From IMG/VR virus record IMGVR_UViG_3300045825_000032, positions 1 to 53,134 of that record: a stretch of 53,134 nucleotides of DNA. One strand, given 5' to 3'. The number at the start of each line of letters is the position of its first letter. Position 1 is the stretch's first letter. A model generated the notes under the pieces. That model searched no databases, was not told the origin of the DNA, and worked only from the letters and a program-made list of their open reading frames with translations. The translations under genes and the position numbers were made by a program. Positions 44,867-53,134 of this stretch are shown piece by piece. Origin of the DNA: a virus. Taxonomy: Duplodnaviria > Caudoviricetes.

Positions 44867-46249
44867 ATGACAAGTAAAACATGGTCTTCTGGAGTTGTAA
44901 TAGACTCTGCTTGGTTGCAGGATGTAGATACAAGTGTCTATACTACTGTTCCAGCAAATCAAGCAACAAATACTGCTGCTATTACAGCCCTTCAAACTAA
45001 AACTGCTAATCTTCCTACAGTATCAGCATTTGCTGGCACTATGATGGATGATGCGAATGCGGCTGCTGTTAGAACTACTATTGGGTCTGCGGCTAGTGGA
45101 GCCAATACTGATATTACTTCTTTAAGTGCTCCAGCATTAGGAGCAGCTACGGCTACTACTCAAGCAGCAAGTGATAATAGTACAAAAGTAGCTACTACTG
45201 CTTATGCAGACAGAGCTGGTGCTGGCACCTCCAAAATCCAATCAATCTCAGCCTCAGTCGCTGCAAATGCTTTAACGATTACCCTCCAGCCTACTACGCT
45301 GGATTTTAGAAGCACCACGCTCGGCTCGGGAACGATAACAACCGTTTCAAATGCGGCTGCTATCAGTACGGTTATTTCCTCTGGTTCTACCGCAGGAACA
45401 ACAAACGCTGTCAAGAGCGGGATTTGGGTCGCTGCGATAAACAACGCAGGAACGATGGAGCTGGCTTGGACGAACGGAACTCCAATCGACGAAACGGGGA
45501 TTATTAACACGACCGCCGAAGGGGGTGCAGGCGCGGCTGATAGCGGTAATGTCTGGTACTCCACGACCGCAAGAACTGGTGTGGCATATCGAATCGTAGG
45601 GCGTGTTGATTCCACTCAGGCGACAGCGGGAACATGGGCAACTGCTCCAAGCCTCGTACAGGGTGCCGGTGGATTTGCTTTCATTGGTTCCCTAATCGCC
45701 TATACCCGAATCACAGCAACAAACGCTTCTTTAGCCCGTACTGTTGGCACTACAAGAGCCTTGTATCGAGTTAAAGGTGGTGGTGGGAATGGCGGGGCTT
45801 CTAACGGTGCTACTTCTGGTGGTGGTGGTGGAGAGGGACAAGAGCGTGTTTATTTTGATACTGCTCCTACTGCTACTTATAACGTAACTATTGGTGCAGC
45901 GGCCTCAAGCTCTTCCATTGTTGGTAGCGTAACTGTTACTGCTACTGGGGGTACTAACGGCGGGTCTGGTGGTGCTGGTGCTGGGGGTGGTCCTGGCGCT
46001 CGTCAGGGCGGTTCCGGTGGGCTTGGAAAAGTTGGAGCCGATGGTTCTGCGGGTACGGGTGCAGCCGGTGGAAATAACGGCGGTGTCGGTGGCGGCGTAG
46101 ATGGGGGCACGGGTGGCGGCGCTGGTAGCGCCGGTACTGCTGGTGGGGCTAATACGGGCTGCGGCGGTCAAGGTTCTGACATTGGCGGCGGCGGTGGTGC
46201 TGGTGCTGCTGGTGGAACTGGTGTTGTTGAGATTTGGGAGTACGCATGA
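44867..46249 (+). CDS. Tail fibre 2 with a Gly-rich C-terminal domain
   Basis: DNSTKVATTAY motif, polyglycine repeats and a G.V.IWEY end. Confidence 0.78.
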   Translation: MTSKTWSSGVVIDSAWLQDVDTSVYTTVPANQATNTAAITALQTKTANLPTVSAFAGTMMDDANAAAVRTTIGSAASGANTDITSLSAPALGAATATTQAASDNSTKVATTAYADRAGAGTSKIQSISASVAANALTITLQPTTLDFRSTTLGSGTITTVSNAAAISTVISSGSTAGTTNAVKSGIWVAAINNAGTMELAWTNGTPIDETGIINTTAEGGAGAADSGNVWYSTTARTGVAYRIVGRVDSTQATAGTWATAPSLVQGAGGFAFIGSLIAYTRITATNASLARTVGTTRALYRVKGGGGNGGASNGATSGGGGGEGQERVYFDTAPTATYNVTIGAAASSSSIVGSVTVTATGGTNGGSGGAGAGGGPGARQGGSGGLGKVGADGSAGTGAAGGNNGGVGGGVDGGTGGGAGSAGTAGGANTGCGGQGSDIGGGGGAGAAGGTGVVEIWEYA

Positions 46250-46623
46250 TTAAGAACTTTGCCTCAATCGCTGGTGGGTTTATCACTCACGTTTCCCCTG
46301 CTGAAGATGTTTGGCCCCTACCTGACGAGCGGGTAGAGTGCCCCGATGGATTTGGAGTAGGTGATTTATATGACGGTACGACTTTCTCAAAACCTGCTCC
46401 TATTCCTCTAACCCAAGAGCAAATAGACGCTCAAGCCAAAGCCTCCAAGGACCGCGCAGACGCTATCGCTGCAAAGGCAGACGCAAAACTACAAGCCCTA
46501 TCAGCTATGAATCCAACTCAGGTACGTGCTTGGGTAGCAGCGAATGTTTCAACGCTTGCAGACGCAAAAGACGCTCTGGCGACTCTTGCTGTTTGTGTCT
46601 CTATCCTTGCAAGAAAACTATGA
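46246..46623 (+). CDS. Fibre-associated/chaperone-like protein
   Basis: Follows the fibre gene; GVGDLYDG..F..P pattern. Confidence 0.5.
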   Translation: MIKNFASIAGGFITHVSPAEDVWPLPDERVECPDGFGVGDLYDGTTFSKPAPIPLTQEQIDAQAKASKDRADAIAAKADAKLQALSAMNPTQVRAWVAANVSTLADAKDALATLAVCVSILARKL

Positions 46624-46865
46624 GCACTCACGATATAATTAGCGCCCTTCTTAGTGGGGGCCTTTTGGCACTTGGTTGGTTTGCAAGGGAGCTTTGGGCT
46701 GCTGTAAAGAATCTTAAAGAGGACCTAATCCGCCTTAAGGATGACTTACAAACTCACTACGTCCGTAAAGATGACTTTAAGGAGTTTCGGGACGAACTTA
46801 GAGGATTCCTCCAACGTATCGAAGCTAAACTAGATAATAAACAGGATAAACATAATGGCCCTTGA
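46620..46865 (+). CDS. Small membrane protein (holin-like)
   Basis: One TM helix, a coiled coil and YVRKDDF. Confidence 0.5.
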   Translation: MSTHDIISALLSGGLLALGWFARELWAAVKNLKEDLIRLKDDLQTHYVRKDDFKEFRDELRGFLQRIEAKLDNKQDKHNGP

Positions 46866-47250
46866 CCCTCTAACCGCTGGTATTGATGCAGTATCTAATA
46901 TTGGTTCTGCTTTAATTAAACACTTCTTTCCCGATGCTGCACAACAAGCGGCTGCTGAACAGAAGCTGGCAGAACTTAAACTGAATGGGGACCTTCAAAT
47001 TATTGCTGGTCAAAATGCAGTTAATCTAGAAGAAGCTAAAAATACCAATCTATTTGTATCAGGCTGGCGGCCTTTTATTGGTTGGATTTGTGGTGTGGGA
47101 CTTGCTTACCACTATCTAGTTTACCCTCTTCTGGTTGCTTTGATTCCTCATATTCTTCCTTTAGATGTCGGGGATTTGATTGCTCTTGTAGCAACCATGC
47201 TTGGTATGGGCGGTCTACGCTCTTGGGATAAGAAAAACGGAGTAGCTTAA
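46855..47250 (+). CDS. Holin-like protein (3TM/GTA type)
   Basis: FVSGWRPFIGW...LGMGGLRSWDK pattern. Confidence 0.7.
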   Translation: MALDPLTAGIDAVSNIGSALIKHFFPDAAQQAAAEQKLAELKLNGDLQIIAGQNAVNLEEAKNTNLFVSGWRPFIGWICGVGLAYHYLVYPLLVALIPHILPLDVGDLIALVATMLGMGGLRSWDKKNGVA

Positions 47251-47251
47251 T

Positions 47252-47962
47252 ATGGCAACGAGTGGAACAACTTCATGGACACTACAGAAGGATGCTGCTA
47301 TTAATGCAGCTCTTCGTAAGATTGGAGTTGTCTCTGGTGGGGCTTCTCCTCAGACTTACGAGATTACAAATGCCACTGAAACACTTAATGGGATGATTAA
47401 GAGTTGGCACGCTGATGGTATGCCTGTATGGGCTATTAATGATTACTCATTTGCCACAGTAGCTGGAACTTCTACTTACACTATTGGCACAGGGCAGACA
47501 CTAAATACTCCTGCTCCTCTTAAGATTACTCAAGCTTATCGTAATCAGGGCACTACCAGTGCTAATGTTCCTATGAACATTTATACTGAGTACAACTTTA
47601 AACTCTTACCGACTACGGCAAGTTCAAGTACTCCTGTTAATCTTTGGTATCAGCCCTTGGGAGCTACTGGTGTTATCAGTCTTTGGCCAGCCCCAGTAGA
47701 TACTAGCTACACAATCCATATTGTCTATCAGCGTCCCTTTGAGGATATGACAGCATCCACAGATAACTTTGACTTTCCTTCCTATTGGATGGAAGCTGTG
47801 GTCTATGGTTTAGCTGCTCGTATGGCTCCTGAGTATGGTATCCCTCTTCAGGATAGGCAACAACTAATGAAAGAAGCCGATATCTTCCATCAAGAAGCCT
47901 TGCTATTTGGTTCAGAGGAAGGTTCGATTTATATGATGCCTGATTGGGCAGGAAAGAAATAA
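47252..47962 (+). CDS. Head-tail adaptor (P22 gp4-like)
   Basis: I..ALRKIG...LN.M...W and A...GLAARMAPEYG patterns. Confidence 0.7.
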   Translation: MATSGTTSWTLQKDAAINAALRKIGVVSGGASPQTYEITNATETLNGMIKSWHADGMPVWAINDYSFATVAGTSTYTIGTGQTLNTPAPLKITQAYRNQGTTSANVPMNIYTEYNFKLLPTTASSSTPVNLWYQPLGATGVISLWPAPVDTSYTIHIVYQRPFEDMTASTDNFDFPSYWMEAVVYGLAARMAPEYGIPLQDRQQLMKEADIFHQEALLFGSEEGSIYMMPDWAGKK

Positions 47963-47964
47963 CT

Positions 47965-49893
47965 GTGCCTTTTTCTAAAGCCCCCGTTACCTCTACCTAT
48001 GAGACTAAACAAATACCCTTTGTTACAAGTCCTCATCAAAGGTCTGGTGCTTTACCAGCCAAGGATTCTCGTCTTGTAAATATGTTAGTGGAGGTTCTAG
48101 ATGCGCCTACTCCAAGTAATCCGGGTTCTAAGAAAGTCTTTGTCAAATCGAGGGCTGGAGTATCTACCGCTTATACTAATACTGCTGGTGCTGGTAGGGG
48201 GACTTATTTTTGGGTACTTAATGGCACTCAATATCTCTTTACGGTGATTGGAGCTAGTGTTTATGTTAATGGTTCTTTAAACCAGACTCTTACCACAAGT
48301 ACAGGTGAATGCGGATTTACTGAATATATTAATGATGTTGGAACTAAATACTTAGTACTACTAGATGGAACACAAGGATACATATGGGACAATCCGGCAA
48401 ATCCCCCTGTTTCCATTAGTCCTGCTGCTTGGGCAGCGGGAGACGTAATTACGTTAAATAGTCGCCGCCAACCCTCTACAGATGCAACAAGTAGAATTAT
48501 AAGTTCTAATGGATTTTATTATAAAGCGACTACTGCTGGAACCACTGGAAATTATTCTTGTAGAGTCTTTGGTATTAATGCTCTTGGAACTGGCTATATA
48601 GTTGGGGATGTTATCACGGTATTAGGGGGAACAGCCGTTACTCCCGCAAGTTTTACGGTAACTACTGTAAATGGGGGAGGGGGAATAACCGATTTTACTC
48701 CTAATGCAAATTTAGGAAATTACGTAGTTCCCCCACTTACATCAACAGTTTTATCCACATCTGGTGGTACGGGTACAGGGTTTAAAGTTGTTTATTTTAA
48801 TGCTGACCCGATAATGCCCACATGGCCTACTACGGAAGGAGCCACGCTAACAGATGGTACTGTGGTTTGGACTTGTGTTGGAGGAAGTTTTCCAACTCCC
48901 CATGTTCCAATGCCCGCTTTCCTTGATGGGTATCTTTGTGTGGCTAAAGCAAATACAGCAGACGTTTATAACTCTGACTTAAATGACCCGTTTACATGGA
49001 CAGCAGGTGATTTTATATCGGCTGAAATGTATCCTGATATTATTGTAGGTCTTGTTAGAAATAACAACTATATTAATGCTATTGGTACTAATAGTGTAGA
49101 ATTTTTATATGATGCTGCTAATGCCACAGGTTCTCCATTAGGACGACATGATGGTGTGGTTCTCCAATTTGGATGTGCTGCCGCCGGTACTATTGTTGGT
49201 ACAGAGAAAGAAGTTGTCTTTGTTGGTGAAACAGGAAATGGTGGTCATACTGTTTGGTTCATTGATGGGTATAAACCAGATGAAATAGGTACTCCTGCTA
49301 TTAAGGGAGTTCTTCTTAACGAAGGTTCTTCTCTAGCTAATGCTACTGCCCACTGTATTCGTGTCTCTGGTCAAAAGGTTTACATTCTTTGCTTATCCTC
49401 TAGAACCCTGGTGTATAGTTTTGATAGCAAGATTTGGACAGAGTTTGATAGTGGTGCTACGGGTGGTTCTACCTTCTTTGGTGGACATTCTACTGATGGC
49501 CCTAATGGAACTGCCTATATACTGGGTAAGACCAGTGGTAAAACCTATCAAATGGGAGAAGCATATCTAGATGATTCTGGAACTAATTTCCAATGCCAGA
49601 TTATTACGGATAAGCATAACTTTGATGTAATGGATAATAAATTTATGTCTAGATTAAGTATTGTTGGTGATATTCCAGATACTACTAATGTAGATAATGG
49701 ATTATCGGTAGAATGGTCAGATGATGACTATAATACTTGGACTACTGCTAGAACTCTTGATATGGGAGCAGAACAACCAAGTATTCGTCAACTAGGTAAA
49801 TTTCGTCGTAGGGCCTTCAGATTCAAATATGCTAAACCCCATTTACTTCGTTTAGAGGGTGTTGAGGTTGATATTAATAAAGGAAGTCAATAA
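47965..49893 (+). CDS. Tail hub/DNA stabilisation protein (P22 gp10-like), GTG start
   Basis: FLDGY, SAE.YPD, WSDD...W and LG.FRRR.F motifs. Confidence 0.75.
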   Translation: MPFSKAPVTSTYETKQIPFVTSPHQRSGALPAKDSRLVNMLVEVLDAPTPSNPGSKKVFVKSRAGVSTAYTNTAGAGRGTYFWVLNGTQYLFTVIGASVYVNGSLNQTLTTSTGECGFTEYINDVGTKYLVLLDGTQGYIWDNPANPPVSISPAAWAAGDVITLNSRRQPSTDATSRIISSNGFYYKATTAGTTGNYSCRVFGINALGTGYIVGDVITVLGGTAVTPASFTVTTVNGGGGITDFTPNANLGNYVVPPLTSTVLSTSGGTGTGFKVVYFNADPIMPTWPTTEGATLTDGTVVWTCVGGSFPTPHVPMPAFLDGYLCVAKANTADVYNSDLNDPFTWTAGDFISAEMYPDIIVGLVRNNNYINAIGTNSVEFLYDAANATGSPLGRHDGVVLQFGCAAAGTIVGTEKEVVFVGETGNGGHTVWFIDGYKPDEIGTPAIKGVLLNEGSSLANATAHCIRVSGQKVYILCLSSRTLVYSFDSKIWTEFDSGATGGSTFFGGHSTDGPNGTAYILGKTSGKTYQMGEAYLDDSGTNFQCQIITDKHNFDVMDNKFMSRLSIVGDIPDTTNVDNGLSVEWSDDDYNTWTTARTLDMGAEQPSIRQLGKFRRRAFRFKYAKPHLLRLEGVEVDINKGSQ

Positions 49894-50273
49894 TGGCTGC
49901 TCTTCTTCCACCACCTCCTTCCCGGTCAGACATGGGGAGTTTTGCGTATCAGTCTTGGTTCCAATCTCTACATGATTTCCTTGTAGTTAATTCAGGGACT
50001 ATTGCTTGGGCTAGTATTAATTTTGCAGGAAGTTCCCTCACAGACTTAGCTGCTAGGGCACATAGCCAACTTCAAAGCATTCAAGGCAACGGGGGATACC
50101 ATTTGAATGCCACGGAACAATCAAGGATTGCCGGATATATCTCTATTGCGGGGGACCCAACTACTTCCGATATTGCTTCTGGACAATGGGCAGTTTATAA
50201 AAATACTACCTCTGGGGTAGTTAAACTCTGGGCTAACAATGCGGGTACAATGAAAAGTGTAGCTCTTACATGA
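49893..50273 (+). CDS. Tail-associated protein
   Basis: LPPPP...W..WF N-terminus directly after the hub gene. Confidence 0.55.
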   Translation: MAALLPPPPSRSDMGSFAYQSWFQSLHDFLVVNSGTIAWASINFAGSSLTDLAARAHSQLQSIQGNGGYHLNATEQSRIAGYISIAGDPTTSDIASGQWAVYKNTTSGVVKLWANNAGTMKSVALT

Positions 50274-50725
50274 TATATCATGAGTTGACTGATGAGATTG
50301 CCTTTAAACTACTAGCTTTTGGAAAGCAAGCTCATAAAGAAACTAGGTACGGAGATAAACCATATAATCCACAGAGTTTATATGATTTATTTAATTTGAT
50401 TGCTACATATCCATTAAAGTTCTATATTGGTTATACCAAGAATAAGAATGGGGATATCACAGGAGCCTTCTTAGGTCAAATCTCTACTGAGTACTTTTCT
50501 GGTACTACGATAGCAAATGACTTAGGAATGTTTGTAGCGCCAGCCTATAGAGGGTCTAGTGTCTTTGTAAGACTACTAAAAGACTTCGAGGGGTGGGCTA
50601 AAGAGATGGGTGTTAAGAAGATTATACTGTATCACAGTACTGGGATAGAACCAGAAAAAACAAATAAATTATTTACTAAACTGGATTATACAATGTTTGG
50701 TACTATCTTTGATAAGGAAATATAA
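50270..50725 (+). CDS. GNAT acetyltransferase-like protein
   Basis: FVAPAYRGS...LL..FE.WAK..G...LF.KLDY pattern. Confidence 0.75.
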   Translation: MIYHELTDEIAFKLLAFGKQAHKETRYGDKPYNPQSLYDLFNLIATYPLKFYIGYTKNKNGDITGAFLGQISTEYFSGTTIANDLGMFVAPAYRGSSVFVRLLKDFEGWAKEMGVKKIILYHSTGIEPEKTNKLFTKLDYTMFGTIFDKEI

Positions 50726-50727
50726 GT

Positions 50728-51915
50728 ATGTGCGGTAAAGTAGATGACATTCTAAGCACGGTAGATAAAAAACCAATTAGCGGTCCGTTCACCCTAGCTA
50801 AGAACTTCTCTAAGGGTTGGGACCCTTTGGGTGAGAGAATAAATGAGGATATGGAACACTGGCATAAAGTTGGTGCAGCTAATCCTTATGTGCAAGGTGC
50901 AGGTACAATTGTAGCCGGTATCTATGGAGGTCCTGCTGGTGCTGCTGGTGCTCGTGCTGCTTTTATTCGTGAGAATGGTGGGAGTTATGAAGATGCCGCT
51001 AAAGGGGCTGCTGTAACCTATCTTGGTGGTTCCGCCATGCAAGGTATGAGTTCTGGTGGAGAATATTCTGATGTTGGTGGCGGTGTAGACCAATATGGTG
51101 GTAATGCCGGAGACTACCGTGGGGCTACTGATGGCTTCCAAGGGGGTCAGGCAGATGGTACTGATTATGGTGCCACTCAAAGTGCTCCAGAATACAGTGG
51201 AGAAGCTAACTATCAAGGTCCCCAAGATACAATGTTAGCTGGGGATTCTGGTGGATATAATGGGACTGCTCGTCCTATTTCGTATTCGGGAGATTCTTCT
51301 GGTGGTTCTTTAGGAAATATACAACAACTTAATGACACTGGCTATTCTCCCTATAATCCTTATGGAACTGGGGGACCCACAGATATGTCCTCCTCTGTTG
51401 GACAGGGTGGTAATTTATCTTATGATGGTACCCCAGATACTAATAATCTAGGATACGATAGTTCTCTTCCTAATGCTGGTCCCCAGAATTGGTGGCAAGA
51501 TATGGGTAAGATGGGTAAACTCCAGATGTACCAAGGGGGTATGAAAACTCTTGGTGGGCTTATGGACCAAGGCCCTATGAAGTCCCGTGCTGACGATATT
51601 GCTCGTCAACGTCAGGCTTATGAAACCCAAATGAATAGTTATTATGCTCCGGGTTCTGCTGAATCTAAGTTACTGCAACATCAAATGAATCGTAAGGATG
51701 CTGCTGCTGGTCGTAATAGCCAGTACGGTACTCGTGCTACTGATATTGCTGCTAAAATTGCTACTATGCAAGCAGAGAATCGTCAACGCTCTCTTCCTGA
51801 CCTGTTTAGAATGAATCAGACGGAAGGCCAACTGCGTGGACAAGCTGATGCGGGTATTTATGGGGGCGCATCTCAAATGGCTACTGGTTGGGGCATGAAC
51901 CAATTGTGGGGTTAA
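50728..51915 (+). CDS. Putative ejection (pilot) protein
   Basis: Gly-rich low-complexity sequence, AAAGRNSQYG motif and position. Confidence 0.55.
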   Translation: MCGKVDDILSTVDKKPISGPFTLAKNFSKGWDPLGERINEDMEHWHKVGAANPYVQGAGTIVAGIYGGPAGAAGARAAFIRENGGSYEDAAKGAAVTYLGGSAMQGMSSGGEYSDVGGGVDQYGGNAGDYRGATDGFQGGQADGTDYGATQSAPEYSGEANYQGPQDTMLAGDSGGYNGTARPISYSGDSSGGSLGNIQQLNDTGYSPYNPYGTGGPTDMSSSVGQGGNLSYDGTPDTNNLGYDSSLPNAGPQNWWQDMGKMGKLQMYQGGMKTLGGLMDQGPMKSRADDIARQRQAYETQMNSYYAPGSAESKLLQHQMNRKDAAAGRNSQYGTRATDIAAKIATMQAENRQRSLPDLFRMNQTEGQLRGQADAGIYGGASQMATGWGMNQLWG

Positions 51916-51918
51916 TAT

Positions 51919-52980
51919 ATGGCATATGCAGGACTAGAATCAATCTTTCAGAACGAAGGTCCTAACAGCGGTGCTGTAACTGGGGGCCAGCGTGAAGCTC
52001 TAGCTCAGTCTGGAGATTTGCTTACCCAAGGTGGGCAAGTACAAGCCCTCCGTCAAGCGGATATAATGAATCCCTTACTTGCCCAATATAAGCAAGGGGA
52101 AATTGACCAGCAGGCTCCCACTCTTCGTAAGCTTAACACTGAAGCTCAGTTTGGTGAGGATACCCTTGCCTCTAAAACTAGCTCTACTAATGCAGAGAAT
52201 GAGTCCAAGTTTACTAAAGCTAACTATGAAAAGCTTGCTCATGTAGCACAGACTGCTGCTGCTATTGGTACACAACTACAAGCAATCCCAGAAGGCTTTG
52301 CTAGGGACTCTGCTGCCCGTCAATTGCTACAACAGCATGGAGTTCCTGCTGATAGTCAAGCTGGTCAGTATGTGCTCAATGAGGGGGTTAAAGACCCTTC
52401 TAAACTTCTTGATATTCATAAAAAGATTGTAGAGGCAGGACCAGCCTTTATGACTAAGATGGCGGAAGAGAATATGAAGAAGGATTCCCATCTTCAAGGT
52501 ATTGCCTCGATTAATGCAAGCAACCAATTACTTGAAGATAAGCGTATTGCTGCTGGTAAATATGATAAGAAAGCTACGGCTTCCTTTGCTATAAAATTTA
52601 TGGCGCTGTCCCCAGATAAACAAATGCTGGAACTAGCAGAAGCTCTTCGTAAGAACATAAATCCCTTTACTGGCGAAGCTCTTGATGCTACAGATAGGGA
52701 TGCACTAATAGTTCGCTATCAACAAGCAGATGCTATAGTTAAGGCTAATAATGCCGCTAAAGCTTCTGGTGGTATTGATGTGGCTAGAACTGCGGGATTG
52801 CCTGAAAAACAAGTGGCCCCGATTGCTCAAGATATTCGTGGTCCTCAAGAACGAGCTGCTGCTCCAGCACAGCCTGCTAGTGCTGTTAAACCAGTACCTA
52901 CACCAGCAGATAGAGAAAGAGCGAAATCTAATCCTACCTCTCGTGCTAACTTTATTCGACACTTTGGAGTTGAACCATAA
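51919..52980 (+). CDS. Putative ejection protein
   Basis: Helical Ala/Gln-rich protein before the large ejection gene. Confidence 0.55.
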   Translation: MAYAGLESIFQNEGPNSGAVTGGQREALAQSGDLLTQGGQVQALRQADIMNPLLAQYKQGEIDQQAPTLRKLNTEAQFGEDTLASKTSSTNAENESKFTKANYEKLAHVAQTAAAIGTQLQAIPEGFARDSAARQLLQQHGVPADSQAGQYVLNEGVKDPSKLLDIHKKIVEAGPAFMTKMAEENMKKDSHLQGIASINASNQLLEDKRIAAGKYDKKATASFAIKFMALSPDKQMLELAEALRKNINPFTGEALDATDRDALIVRYQQADAIVKANNAAKASGGIDVARTAGLPEKQVAPIAQDIRGPQERAAAPAQPASAVKPVPTPADRERAKSNPTSRANFIRHFGVEP

Positions 52981-53134
52981 TGGCTGATTTCGACTGGGAC
53001 AAACCTGCTACTGATGAGTTTGCATGGGATACTGCCCCAGAGTGGGATACTCCAGTAAAACAATCTAAAGCGGAACTAGCTAAACAATACATGGACTCTG
53101 CCAAACAGGGTTCTATGGATTGGTCTAATAACCT
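52980..53134 (+). CDS. 5' end of the large ejection protein (continues into 84..4127)
   Basis: ATG 52980 is in frame with the ATG at 84 across the overlap. Confidence 0.85.
   Translation, partial: MADFDWDKPATDEFAWDTAPEWDTPVKQSKAELAKQYMDSAKQGSMDWSNN

Noticed and set aside
53008-53134. 127-bp terminal repeat as a biological DTR
   Set aside because: It lies inside a CDS and its length equals a common assembler k-mer, so it indicates circularity only.
1-53134. Stop-codon reassignment
   Set aside because: Genes are full length under the standard code and the only tRNA is a normal Trp(CCA).

Overview
Complete circularly permuted genome (about 53,007 bp) of a podovirus-like dsDNA phage. Bases 1-127 repeat exactly at 53008-53134, which is an assembly overlap. 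Two gene arms diverge from a non-coding control region at about 28.5-29.45 kb and converge on a bidirectional terminator at about 5.15 kb. The minus arm carries early genes, a phiEco32/PA11-type amidoligase-amidotransferase-ATP-grasp cluster, primase, helicase, a split family A DNA polymerase, exonuclease, class II RNR and an HslV-like peptidase. The plus arm carries tRNA-Trp, terminase, portal, capsid, fibres, P22-like tail proteins, ejection proteins and lysozyme. No integrase or RNA polymerase was recognised, and near-consensus sigma70 promoters are present. The main signals are: (1) two dispersed DNA motifs, TTAACA(C/G)TGTTAA (11 exact copies) and GGACCGACC (12 copies), co-distributed along the early/replication arm only, mostly inside genes and in different reading frames; (2) both polymerase halves appear to require non-canonical start codons (ATT and ATA) behind good Shine-Dalgarno sites; (3) tandem LexA boxes and other operator-like sites sit at the probable first-expressed genome end. 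All calls come from reading motifs by eye. No database searches were run.
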